Shown here: piece after piece, positions 57,001 to 63,380 of the stretch
Layout: each line of letters starts with the position of its first letter
Position numbering within the stretch: the stretch's first letter is position 1
Virus record (IMG/VR): IMGVR_UViG_3300004806_000019
Coordinates: 20,224 to 84,223 of that record
Origin: a virus
Reading direction: 5' to 3' (one strand)
Length of the DNA stretch: 64,000 nucleotides
Notes under the pieces: model-generated
Databases searched by the model: none
What the model saw: only the letters and a program-made list of their open reading frames with translations
Told to the model about the DNA's origin: nothing
Made by a program: the position numbers and the translations under genes

Positions 57001-59863
57001 CTTAAACCAATTCGGCAATGCTGGAGATCGGCAAAAGCTTATCCGAAATTCATACAGAGATGCTCTTCGGGCCATACAAGAAAGGATATTCACTGGTATC
57101 CGAGATGGAGAGATTTCTGAAGAGGGGATCCATAACATTGGTGATTATGAGCATATTATAAACATGGCCCTGGATCGGGTTGGGTTGATTGATTATGTTT
57201 CAAACCATCAGATTGAAGACACTCCTCTCAATCGGGAACTTGCTCAGAAGGCAATTCTTGCTGCATGGGATAGCGCAAATGAAAATGGATTTAGAGTAAG
57301 GAGTAGCCAGGATGCTGTCAGGCTTGATGCTAAATTATTCCATGATGGAACCTTTGCCGAAGTTGCGAAAAATTTTGGTGAACCTTCAGGAACTCTCCAA
57401 GGAGGATCCAGAGGCGAAGGAAGAATTGGAGAAACTGCGAGAGACTATCCGCTGGAGAGAGAAAATAAATCTTCTTCCCAAGAAGGAGCAGCGGAATCGT
57501 TAGGTCTTAAATCTGGCGACCTAAGAACAGAAGATGAGAAACGTGGGGCTGTAACAATCTCTCATGTCATCGATAAGTGGAGCGCGGAAGGACCGGGGAA
57601 GGGTCCACTTCGGCGCCCTGTTCAAGTCCTTGAGGGAGCGGCTGATTATGTTAAGGAAACACTTCCTATAACGAGTCAAATTTGGAAATGGGCAAGTCGT
57701 CGCATTTTCCCTGGTTCAGCAGATGCTTTCGCTAAATCAGCAGCAAGAACAATCCGTCATATGTATGGGCAGTCCTATCTCTGGGAGATCCAGATGGGAC
57801 ATAAGCTCGATGAAATATCCAATCGCCTCGATGCTCTTCCTGTCGATGAATGGAACAAGATCGGGATTGCTTGGGCCAAAGGGGACTATGAATCAATTCC
57901 GGAAGAATACCGCGAGGCGTTTAAACAAGCAGATGACTTTACAAAGAAAGCCACAGAGAGGCTTCAGTCTCTTGGGGTTCTGAAAGATGCAATGGGGCAT
58001 TATGTAGGAAGAATTTGGAAGAAGCGTGGAGAGAATGCCCCGTCAACTGATGAGGAAGGAAAGAAGATATTCAATCAGTTGATGAGCAAGTTCCCCCTTC
58101 TTGGAAGGAAATCCTTCCTGAAGAAAAGATATTTTGATGAGTATGAGGATGCTATCGCGGCAGGAATGGAGCCTGTCTACAACCCTCTGAAGACACAGAT
58201 GGTTAAGATTGCTGAGATGAACAGATATTATACAGGGACAACTCTTGTCCGTGCGGCGAAAGAAAGCGGTATAGCAAAGTTCTTTGCAAGAGGATCTCAG
58301 GTACCGGACGGTATGTTAGAGTTGGCTGGTCCTGAATTTCAACGCCCATTTATGAAGGTCATTGAGGGAGAAAAGACTACGTCTGTTCTTCCTGGCGCTT
58401 GGTATGCCCCAGAGGGATTTGCTCGGGTCTACAACAATCATGTTTCAAGAGGGTTCTCTGGAACACCAGAAGGTGAACCTGTGCAGATGCTTAGGAGCAT
58501 TGGTGGGTTTATGAACCAAGCACAGTTGGGTTTGTCTATGTTCCACCCTGTCTTTACAACGTTTGACGCCATGAGTAGCACCATGGCTATTGCCGTTGAT
58601 CAGGCTGTTCGTAAAGATTTTGGTCTTGCTGCTCAGACATTTGCAAAATCTATGAACCCATTCGGTGTTTATAAGGACGGGGATAATTTCCTAAAGGCAG
58701 TCCTTGATCCTGACAAGGCAACTCCAGATCAGAAGTTACTGATTAATGCTCTTGGAGAGGGTGGCGGAAGAGTTTGGATGGAGAGAGTTCTGCGCCCGAC
58801 TGATGAAGGGGCAATGGTTGCTAAAAGGATTTCGGATATACCCGCAACATTAGGAACGGCATGGAAGCTTGCGTCTCATAAGTATGACGGAAGTGGGATG
58901 ACTAATCAAATGAGGCGAGTGTTTAATGTCGCCGGTCGGGTTATGGAGACGATGTCGTCTCCGATTATGAACCATTTGGTTCCTCGTCAGAAGTTAGGTG
59001 TGTTCTCTCGTATGGCGGCTGATTGGCTTGCTGCAAATCCAAATGCAGGAAGTTTAGAGCGTATCACTAAAATGCAAGATATCTGGGAAAGCGTAGATAA
59101 CCGTTTGGGTCAAATGGTTTATGACAACCTTTTCTGGGACAAGACTCTTAAAGAAGCAAGCTTCCTTGCTGTCCGGTCTGTTGGTTGGAACATGGGGTCG
59201 ATCCGAGAGATTGGTGGAGGACTGACTGATTTCACAGGAGCCATAAAGGATAAGATTGCTGGTAGAGAGGCCGAGTGGACAAACAGAATGTCATATCTCA
59301 TCGCTATGACAGCTAGTACGGCCATCACCGGGGCAATAATGAATCGTCTCTTTACGGGAGAAGGTCCAAAAGAATTAAAGGATTATTTCTTCCCTCGTAC
59401 TGGAGAAACGAGGTTGGTTAAACTTCCAGGTCGCAATCACCCTGTGATGGAAGTTCCTGAGAGGTTGTCGATCCCCTCTTACTTCAAAGACATTATGGCT
59501 TGGACAACCCAACCGGGTCAGACTGCGAAGAATAAGATTCATCCCTTATTTAGTGCAATGGCTCAAGCTTGGGATAACCATGATTACTACGGTGATATCA
59601 TCTGGAATAGAGATGACCCTGCTTATAAACAGGCATTGGATATGGCAAAGTTTGCTGGCTCAACATTGATTCCGTTCTCAATCACCGGAACAATGAAAAT
59701 GTGGAAAGAGCGTCCAGGTCCAGTTGCCACTATGGGTATGCTTGGGTTCCAGCCTGCACCTGGATATATAGCCGCCCCAGAAGCAAGACAAGCATGGGAT
59801 GATTACATCCATGCTCAAGAGGTTAGAAAGAAAGCAGCGCGTGAGCTTAAAAATAGTAACTAG
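48095..59863 (+). CDS. Giant polyvalent internal virion protein (DarB-like): winged helix, SF2 helicase, N6-adenine MTase, second SAM-dependent MTase, JAB/MPN domain, helical C-terminal domain
   Basis: GTGTGKT (about 52427), ADESD, SAT, QQEGRIYR; LEPSAGHG + NPPF (about 54479); LDLGGG + NVLNV (about 56246); HNHP....LS..D (about 56870). Confidence 0.85.
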   Translation: MMPEDRADAPLPESVDISEATPAPVINYVNYTPAPTQAPIKSSLPPLTPRPTEKPAQGLPLDVVKQKVAKLKDAGYSQDEIAESLMKNPFFGPRISEAADKGWEYPEIFSRFGLDGYDPTEGGPLKTPWRYVKAGVESAGEMIGNTLQGGAIASDRRSLYAPYYEDYTSFKSKSPEEQQQILSKIANSDMDLEARQNLTKEFRRLQEGANPRQFDMLANQPVEQLPGYKVGQWFKDTTQGLLNPEEEKLTGVRIAKAAAPIVPAMAATALAGPAGPMALFGGSSYQEGYEKAKKVGASEEAARDAAMKEAGIGAAAGVLDVGAILGPIAKYSPELLNRAQAILYKGIQSGVIGSSVGEAQKWLNAQIERTTYDPNAQYKFDPTEAAIGFAGMAIPGAVHGAFHEQAPKETAPTGTDIPHPSLIAHAYWRIDELESIYNGTEGNPPRDLTPAEAAEYAFLQKNKNKPEELSKVIRGTEPSEQPEPTQAPTVTPAPTVSKSNKPPKATKAPVQAEIQAQPEAQVQPETQDKVQEAANALVEEAKQNPTVTTPEKDSDISAQIKEMINPNNPRDSVYIAPGNEHEIPVSALDHPGVELAENPVSKALLLTTNMDKAIDFQKNRDLTEEEKANLLGLSQPKTEALKDPNAVVVQGKNEDGAIVHQELTSQDNLPNSVENTANRTPETGQVEVASTTGAQAHRVGGDDQAVPVAKGKVPTPDPEIQIAEIRKQIESFEEHRDQALEVGDTPTAQNWHNRIREANEQIAELQRGQPLEKEPAVQESEPASPQAPSTDIPWENHYQRAVDVVGSESFPLKSKPLADKLGVDEAMATRLLQAMASRGAIRQTKNGGFSRNPDRGPLDFLTFLAAKGGLRDDEGHLLAQSMDAQRMVPNYGPLIRKNGMGIDQAGEALWQAGYFGPTDSTPRPTETEVLNKLSEALNGRLPLEERYSEYDRDRVQKIQDTKTAKDREKLEKTARADIEKLNEEKTYGLTPEEKARAIELLVEHPEDFSPEEAVVHVLDTSMIEDLHGAIDVARDAHDDEFSDIPFEWPAEVEPPQRGEEEGKGTEVSIPTSEEESGTVGKEPGEGERQDLRDKEIGDVIGAGERTAPPMDRERQQAEIRARQAGKKRSGKEQEEPGGMFATEEKGLFSEPKKTADYGTQNKVITADAAEKARELLRKKSNQINAGIDPETMLAGVTLAAYHIEAGTRKFVDFARAMVSDVGAWIKPYLKSWYNAIRDYPGLEEAAKDMTPHEEMNAAMDQLEREGYVSSESRGLEQTGEGPKTENAMGKEALPTEERGASQGVRERNGEAEARGNNKPSSEEQLPSDGASSVGERGNSERDAGEPGFGAVPAERGGRPGGYDVSQHGPAIEHIEPEEVNKTAGDSKTVAQRFAEQKIANSRPVVWNDINNIRETLPALFPDQQDDVHKSEKRLSVAHGIMITNGTGTGKTWSAGGVIARFVRQGKEDILVVAPSQDILTDWKAALKHLGVDASVLEGTQKSGKGVTLTTYANLGENRHIADRNWHLVVADESDNLMSDQKGNTTKALNSFRAITNHPDALYIRADMALRDLNDRVADLSERVHKNYNNKELTSQWINAQRELEQKRKELVDVYKDQPRSKAIFLSATPFSYDKTTDYGNGYLFDYQKEGNRSGYNVAEGRNLFMVQNFGYRMRNGKLTAPEANVNSEVLERDFHERLKKEGALIGRRLEVDSDYDRKFILVNDAIGNNIDRLLEFLRESDDGKFRPIYSFVNDRFDYLSRQRLLEAIKANHAIPIIREHLALGRKVVVFHDFNEGGGFHPFDTSEIPNNPVFVTVNGKSHEFNLKDLANEFHDRNPDAIKMDFSSMKSPIETMTKAFPEALVYNGTVSSKNRATIKQLFNQDGSGRDVIVIQSAAGRAGISLHDTTGVHQRVLINLGMPTRPTTSIQQEGRIYRTGQKSDAMFRYMNTGTAWEREAFASRIAERASSVENLGMGNQARQLKQSFIDAFNDTSEYPPSPEEGKGGKSLDRQTFSDMSDFERAKTYYFAEQKKTGRRDQREGVDYFPTPEPLAQKMVEWANVKPGEKILEPSAGHGAISRYFPESTERTIVEPSKDLATRASLMTPGARVVNDKFENLHISNKYDGIVMNPPFGIGGKMAIEHLAKAASHVREGGRIVALLPEGPATDKRLAAFRDSDAAKDLHLVGTVSLPTHMFDRAGTNVKSHVLIFEKHTVPKQANQYGSDVGDKIRSVVHHADLSNSPSINDTFNRLEHLSMPDRIEPVTKEVEAPEVPSNGKVVVSGLALSSITNKDGSIMVSPTKRLGANDYARFMRVGERYGGVENDYYSGLSFKSPDERSAFFNALERGETGNEPSAEAQRQIDNGGLGVTFDRKQGLREDGAVYEKLHTQTRKKLFYAKPDNRVSPETYQKLKQIAGENGGGFWDRYEKAFRFNDEDSRQAFMNKVTGSLPLKSGDLRVGKKMDALYVHKSAIDTLPKDAQNRIERAKPPFDWDVAKIKRDKDGALENVSLIEAKDFDEADEPSVGRSFVIDRDGETRIIPASGKIYHGKWQMVKSDYQGFDVDASKERTRLLDSVTSTEDKRRYGQKDYMDNVVAPKLSNNAKLADRFLTDRDKVPETVTTLDYNPKDGIVQKISSANTVRRQAAQVFGNDKFYPRSETPSFNLDLGGGKFPEGTERLAEKGITNLIHDKYNQSEQHNRDVVEKVKAEKGTGIVSATNVLNVIKEPMARLDLIRQAAKGLKDDGVAYFQIHEGDKSGEGKETSDGWQANKLTSTYLPMVRQYFGKVKQVGRPDAPKGNLIIAAEPKRIPGQTIWEGTEPWDTKGNTVPMFSGDVRNEHYFPEDGEGLIAHNESLSPGDAELVHNDARAYVLDRGNETGHEHGIAVHSDGRVEHFTEGKEDTLSIKKVAPELYREMEQAGNNIDVHHNHPEGTSAPLSESDLQLSTLDGVNRVIAHAGDGVFSVAKCSDALNQFGNAGDRQKLIRNSYRDALRAIQERIFTGIRDGEISEEGIHNIGDYEHIINMALDRVGLIDYVSNHQIEDTPLNRELAQKAILAAWDSANENGFRVRSSQDAVRLDAKLFHDGTFAEVAKNFGEPSGTLQGGSRGEGRIGETARDYPLERENKSSSQEGAAESLGLKSGDLRTEDEKRGAVTISHVIDKWSAEGPGKGPLRRPVQVLEGAADYVKETLPITSQIWKWASRRIFPGSADAFAKSAARTIRHMYGQSYLWEIQMGHKLDEISNRLDALPVDEWNKIGIAWAKGDYESIPEEYREAFKQADDFTKKATERLQSLGVLKDAMGHYVGRIWKKRGENAPSTDEEGKKIFNQLMSKFPLLGRKSFLKKRYFDEYEDAIAAGMEPVYNPLKTQMVKIAEMNRYYTGTTLVRAAKESGIAKFFARGSQVPDGMLELAGPEFQRPFMKVIEGEKTTSVLPGAWYAPEGFARVYNNHVSRGFSGTPEGEPVQMLRSIGGFMNQAQLGLSMFHPVFTTFDAMSSTMAIAVDQAVRKDFGLAAQTFAKSMNPFGVYKDGDNFLKAVLDPDKATPDQKLLINALGEGGGRVWMERVLRPTDEGAMVAKRISDIPATLGTAWKLASHKYDGSGMTNQMRRVFNVAGRVMETMSSPIMNHLVPRQKLGVFSRMAADWLAANPNAGSLERITKMQDIWESVDNRLGQMVYDNLFWDKTLKEASFLAVRSVGWNMGSIREIGGGLTDFTGAIKDKIAGREAEWTNRMSYLIAMTASTAITGAIMNRLFTGEGPKELKDYFFPRTGETRLVKLPGRNHPVMEVPERLSIPSYFKDIMAWTTQPGQTAKNKIHPLFSAMAQAWDNHDYYGDIIWNRDDPAYKQALDMAKFAGSTLIPFSITGTMKMWKERPGPVATMGMLGFQPAPGYIAAPEARQAWDDYIHAQEVRKKAARELKNSN
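51204..51383 (+). CDS. Candidate nested (+1 frame) basic helical protein inside the giant gene
   Basis: AAGGGA 5 nt upstream; amphipathic sequence; host frame is a disordered linker. Confidence 0.4.
   Translation: MMTSFPIYRLSGQQRLNLLNEAKRRVKGQKSLSPLQRRNLARLAKNLEKVNAKISVTKK
51894..52262 (+). CDS. Candidate nested (+1 frame) 122-aa protein inside the giant gene
   Basis: Purine-rich SD GGAAAGGGAAGG; globular-looking sequence; host frame is a G/E/R linker. Confidence 0.55.
   Translation: MYQANPEVWNKLARDQKLKTPWAKRLFPLKREELHKALEKETEKLKQEGITSPQVRSSFLQMAPLLWEREAIAKETQENPALGQCLPNVEDAQEATMLASMDRPLSISNQKKLIKLLETPRQ
57312..57503 (+). CDS. Candidate nested (+1 frame) 63-aa helical protein directly after the JAB domain
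   Basis: TAAGGAG SD 8 nt upstream of ATG; amphipathic helices. Confidence 0.5.
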   Translation: MLSGLMLNYSMMEPLPKLRKILVNLQELSKEDPEAKEELEKLRETIRWREKINLLPKKEQRNR

Positions 59864-59907
59864 ACAAGTTCTTTTATGTGGTGATAAGATTTTTTATGGA
59901 GGCAATT

Positions 59908-60222
59908 GTGCCTGAGATTGATGTTGGTCTTTACCAAGATGTCGGCGCTCTGAAGGCCATGTCTGAAGAACGTGGCAAGCAGATCGAGGCTCTCTTTGCC
60001 CTGACAAGAGAGATCTCTTCAAAGATGCTGACCAAGGATGACCTCTCTAAATATTCCGCAGACTGCGCGACAACCTGTGCTGATAATGATGCTCTTGTTG
60101 AGCGGGTTCTTAGCCTTGAGACTGACCGTAAAATGGTCAAACGGGCTTTTGCTGCGAGTGTAGGCGTCCCAGCCTTTCTAGCGTCGGTTATTGAAACCGC
60201 ACGTTATATCGTAGGGAAATAA
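59908..60222 (+). CDS. Holin/XhlA-like protein with C-terminal TM
   Basis: GGAGG SD + GTG; coiled coil then hydrophobic tail; directly before the endolysin. Confidence 0.55.
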   Translation: MPEIDVGLYQDVGALKAMSEERGKQIEALFALTREISSKMLTKDDLSKYSADCATTCADNDALVERVLSLETDRKMVKRAFAASVGVPAFLASVIETARYIVGK

Positions 60223-60226
60223 TCAT

Positions 60227-60661
60227 ATGAATGGACAGGATCTAACAAAATCCTACGAGGGATGTACTCTCGTAGCGATTAAGGATTCCCGTGGGGTGGA
60301 GATTGGTTGGGGGCATAATTCTCCTGATATCCAGCTTGGGATGACATGGACTCAGTCACAGGCTGATCAGGCTTTTGATTATGATTATGGCAAGGCTATG
60401 GATAATGCCAGAAGGATCCTTGGTATTGCAGTTTGGTCAATGCTTAATGAACCTCGCAAAGCCGTTGTTGCCGACATGATCTATGAGCTTGGTCCGAGTG
60501 GGTTTTCTGCTTTTAAGCAATTGATAGCTGCAATTGATGCCGGGAATTATTCAGCGGCTGAATCTGCAATGCTCGATAGCTTATGGGCGAAACAAGTTCC
60601 GAACAGAGCTAACCAGAATGCCAAAATTATGCTAACCGGAGAATGGCCAAATGGACAATAA
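60227..60661 (+). CDS. Endolysin, T4-lysozyme-like (GH24)
   Basis: EG-x7-D...IG.GH, L...R.AV..DM.Y.LG..G...F, A...MLDS.WAKQV..RA. Confidence 0.85.
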   Translation: MNGQDLTKSYEGCTLVAIKDSRGVEIGWGHNSPDIQLGMTWTQSQADQAFDYDYGKAMDNARRILGIAVWSMLNEPRKAVVADMIYELGPSGFSAFKQLIAAIDAGNYSAAESAMLDSLWAKQVPNRANQNAKIMLTGEWPNGQ

Positions 60662-60878
60662 CACGACTGCTATTACGACAACGATGTCGGCAGGGCTTGG
60701 GACGGCACAGGTTGCCGATCTCGTCCTGTGGGCGCTTGATGGTTTTCCGAAAGAGGGAAATCAGACTGCTGCATTTGCGATTGCAGCGGCTTTGATCATT
60801 GCGGCTCATGGTGTTCAGAAAGGCGTATCTGCCCTTCTTGCGAAGAAAGCCACTCCTGAAGTTACTCCTACTCCATAA
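60651..60878 (+). CDS. Probable two-TM holin
   Basis: 75 aa, two hydrophobic helices, overlaps the endolysin stop. Confidence 0.6.
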   Translation: MDNNTTAITTTMSAGLGTAQVADLVLWALDGFPKEGNQTAAFAIAAALIIAAHGVQKGVSALLAKKATPEVTPTP

Positions 60879-61050
60879 GGAATCTTATGTTTTAACACCT
60901 TCCCCGCCCTAAAGGACGGGGATTTCCGCAACCGGAGGCGCATGCTCGCGCCCGAGAATATTACAAGCAGCATTAACGTCACGGTCATGGATGGTTCCGC
61001 AATGCTCACAAGTCCATTCTCTTACTCCAAGGTCTGCGATACCTCTCGGC
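60872..61050 (-). ncRNA. Predicted omegaRNA (scaffold overlapping the tnpB 3' end/right end, guide from the flank); 5' boundary approximate
   Basis: Established TnpB locus architecture; right-end hairpin followed by TTAA, then AACATAAGATTCCTTATGGA. Confidence 0.5.
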
Positions 61051-62152
61051 CTCCCATTGGGCAACGCGCCACAACAGGAGCAGACTTGGGAACTGTATGC
61101 TTCGTTGACAATGCTGAACTTCCGGCCAAGCGCAATCGCTTTATAAGCAAGCTGGTTTCTAAACATCGTCCATCCGGCATCGCTGACGGATTTCGCCATT
61201 TTGGTTTTCATCAATCGGGATGGGCTGACGTTACCAACCACGATATGTCCGTATTGACGGACAATTCTTGTGCTTTCGACATGCAGGAAATGCCTGCGCT
61301 GTCTGGCAATCTTGGCCTGAATATCTCTGGCGCGACGTTTTTGTTTGCGCCGTTGATACAGAGCCAACTTTTCCTGAGAGGATCGGAAAAACTTTGGAGA
61401 CTCGATCTTGGTTCCGTCGCTCATAGTGGCGAAAGTTTTCAAGCCAAGATCAATCCCAACGGCGAGGCCATCCTGTTTTTCCCCATCTGGCAACTCGATC
61501 TGGATGTTGACAAACCAATGTCCTTGGCTATCGCAGGACAAGTTCCACGATTTAGGATTTCCGTTCTCTGGAATGGGGCGAGACAACCAAAGCCGGTAGT
61601 CACGACCAAGAAAACGCAGAGTATCCCCGTCCAATTTAGCAGGACGTTTGAAATTGCTGAATGGAATCCAGTCGAGGTTGCGCTTGGCCGACCGGAAGCG
61701 CGGCGTCTTTGGAAAACATGCGCTCCGAGAATCGGCAAACTTGGCACAAACCGCATCAACCGTGTCGGAGTGAATACCAAGTTCTTTGGTCACACCTCGG
61801 CACAAATTGGCAAGATCGAACGCAGAAGGACGCTTGATAGTCATCCCGGCGCGGTATCTGGATGCGGCAACGCGGTCAGTTTCGCAACAATAATTCCAGA
61901 CGAAATTAACCGCTCTAGCCTGCGTCCTAAGCGCACGACGAACGGCTTTATTTCCATCCTTGATTCGGTATTGGTGCGTCAATATCATCGAAAAGGGCGT
62001 CTTTCTGGTAATGACAGAAGCTCGTCTAGGGACTGTGCGACGTTGCAAGCGTCCACAGTCCCGATCAATTTACCCCACTTTTGTCTCAACATCAACAAGG
62101 GAGCGGCTTTCCTCCCCGGCCTAAACGCCGGGGTTTCCAGCCGAAACATCGG
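60892..62152 (-). mobile_element. Non-autonomous IS200/IS605-family (IS1341-like) element carrying only tnpB
   Basis: Sub-terminal hairpins TCCCCGCCCTAAAGGACGGGGA (about 60901-60922) and CCCCGGCCTAAACGCCGGGG (about 62114-62133); TCAT target on the minus strand at 62153-62156; no tnpA. Confidence 0.85.
60909..61988 (-). CDS. tnpB: TnpB RNA-guided endonuclease
   Basis: VGIDLGLK, SVSDAGW..F..QL.YKA, VNEAYSSQ.CS.CG, W.C..CG..HDRDVNAA.NI; probable start MILTHQYRIKD. Confidence 0.95.
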   Translation of the reverse strand: MILTHQYRIKDGNKAVRRALRTQARAVNFVWNYCCETDRVAASRYRAGMTIKRPSAFDLANLCRGVTKELGIHSDTVDAVCAKFADSRSACFPKTPRFRSAKRNLDWIPFSNFKRPAKLDGDTLRFLGRDYRLWLSRPIPENGNPKSWNLSCDSQGHWFVNIQIELPDGEKQDGLAVGIDLGLKTFATMSDGTKIESPKFFRSSQEKLALYQRRKQKRRARDIQAKIARQRRHFLHVESTRIVRQYGHIVVGNVSPSRLMKTKMAKSVSDAGWTMFRNQLAYKAIALGRKFSIVNEAYSSQVCSCCGALPNGRPRGIADLGVREWTCEHCGTIHDRDVNAACNILGREHAPPVAEIPVL

Positions 62153-62500
62153 ATGAGAAAATTATTTATCGTCCCTCTGCTTCTCTTAGCTGGGTGCAAC
62201 AGTGACGGAACCCTGAAGCCGGGTGTCCTGACATTCGTCAACAACGTCGTCACTGCTTCTTGTCAGATTGATCAGGCAATTCCTGGTCTTGTGTCACAGG
62301 GGGCGCTTATTACAGCTTTGGTTGCTCCTGAATATGCCCCAGAGGTTGCTTTGGCAACGAAGGTTGATCAGTTGGCGCATCCTGCTGTTGTCGCTGCGTG
62401 TAATGCGGCAGCGGCGGCTCAAGCGAATGCTGCTGCAAATCATCCTGTGGCTGTAGCTGTAACCCCGATCTCAACAACGGTAACGGTTCCTGCGCGATGA
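62153..62500 (+). CDS. Lipoprotein in the lysis cassette
   Basis: MRKLFIVPLLLLAG-C lipobox. Confidence 0.75.
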   Translation: MRKLFIVPLLLLAGCNSDGTLKPGVLTFVNNVVTASCQIDQAIPGLVSQGALITALVAPEYAPEVALATKVDQLAHPAVVAACNAAAAAQANAAANHPVAVAVTPISTTVTVPAR

Positions 62501-63222
62501 CGACACCAGATTTTCAGAGGCTTCACCAGCTTGCTCAGTTGGCAAGCCTCGTCTATCAGACAGATGCAAATGTCCTGGCTAAGGGCGCCGAGAACTTAGG
62601 GTTTGAGTTTGTCGGTCTGGTTGGGAATAAAGAATGCCAAGCAATGGTTCTCACTGAGTTTGGTGGGCAACTTATTGTAATCCGGGGAACTCAAGTGGAA
62701 GAGAATTTCTCTCCATGGGAGTTATGGGATGACGCCAACCCAAATCATACTGAGGTTGGTGGTGGTGCAAAGGTTCGGTCAGGGGCGTTTGATCCTCTGA
62801 AGGATCTATGGAAAGACATCTGGGATCTTGTAGATCCGAGTGAACCGCTTACCATCACAGGACACTCTCTTGGTGGTCAGAGGGCGGCGATATCAGCCTT
62901 CCTCGTTCCTAGGGGGGTTAAGTTATCGGTTGTTGCATTTGCCCCTCCGAAGGGAGGAAATAAGGAGTTCTGGACAGCGGCTTATTCTGGTCGGACTCTT
63001 CCTGTTATCGTTGGTAGAAGCAATGACTTTGCCCTTAGTTGGGCCTCTCTTGATACCGTGACCTGTCAACCATGCCCGGTTCTTCACCTTAAAGAAGACG
63101 GTGGGTGGGAGATGTTATCCTCCTGGCCGTTCCTCACTGCTTCGATTCCGGATCACGATGTTGATAAGTATGTTTCGGATCTTGAGTCCCTCCTCCCTAA
63201 GAAGGAAGCTCCCAAAGAATGA
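62497..63222 (+). CDS. Class 3 lipase (alpha/beta hydrolase)
   Basis: IRGT, TGHSLGG nucleophile elbow, F.PPK.GN, DH...Y catalytic His. Confidence 0.85.
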   Translation: MTTPDFQRLHQLAQLASLVYQTDANVLAKGAENLGFEFVGLVGNKECQAMVLTEFGGQLIVIRGTQVEENFSPWELWDDANPNHTEVGGGAKVRSGAFDPLKDLWKDIWDLVDPSEPLTITGHSLGGQRAAISAFLVPRGVKLSVVAFAPPKGGNKEFWTAAYSGRTLPVIVGRSNDFALSWASLDTVTCQPCPVLHLKEDGGWEMLSSWPFLTASIPDHDVDKYVSDLESLLPKKEAPKE

Positions 63223-63380
63223 GTGATTGGCAGAAGCAATGGGAAGCCGCTGTCGTCGCAAGTTGGGTTGCGGCTCAGATGGGAATTGCTCTCTGGACTA
63301 AGACTTTGATTGGCTCTCTTGAACAGGAGAAGCCAAAATTAAAACTCGTAACGATGAATGGGAGACGGATTGATGACTGA
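63219..63380 (+). CDS. 53-aa hypothetical protein
   Basis: ATGA overlap, AAGGA SD; MSDWQKQWEAAVVASWVAAQMG... Confidence 0.45.
   Translation: MSDWQKQWEAAVVASWVAAQMGIALWTKTLIGSLEQEKPKLKLVTMNGRRIDD

Noticed and set aside
48522-57983. Other +1-frame ORFs in the giant gene (48522, 49515, 50151, 50433, 51513, 53262, 54135, 54648, 57723)
   Set aside because: L/R/S/I-rich frameshift-like composition, no convincing SD, and several overlap conserved catalytic domains
60892-62152. IStron (self-splicing intron-IS hybrid)
   Set aside because: The element is antisense to the operon and has too little non-coding sequence for a group I intron core
60942-62156. 404-aa plus-strand ORF spanning the IS element
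   Set aside because: Antisense shadow of tnpB with no recognisable motifs
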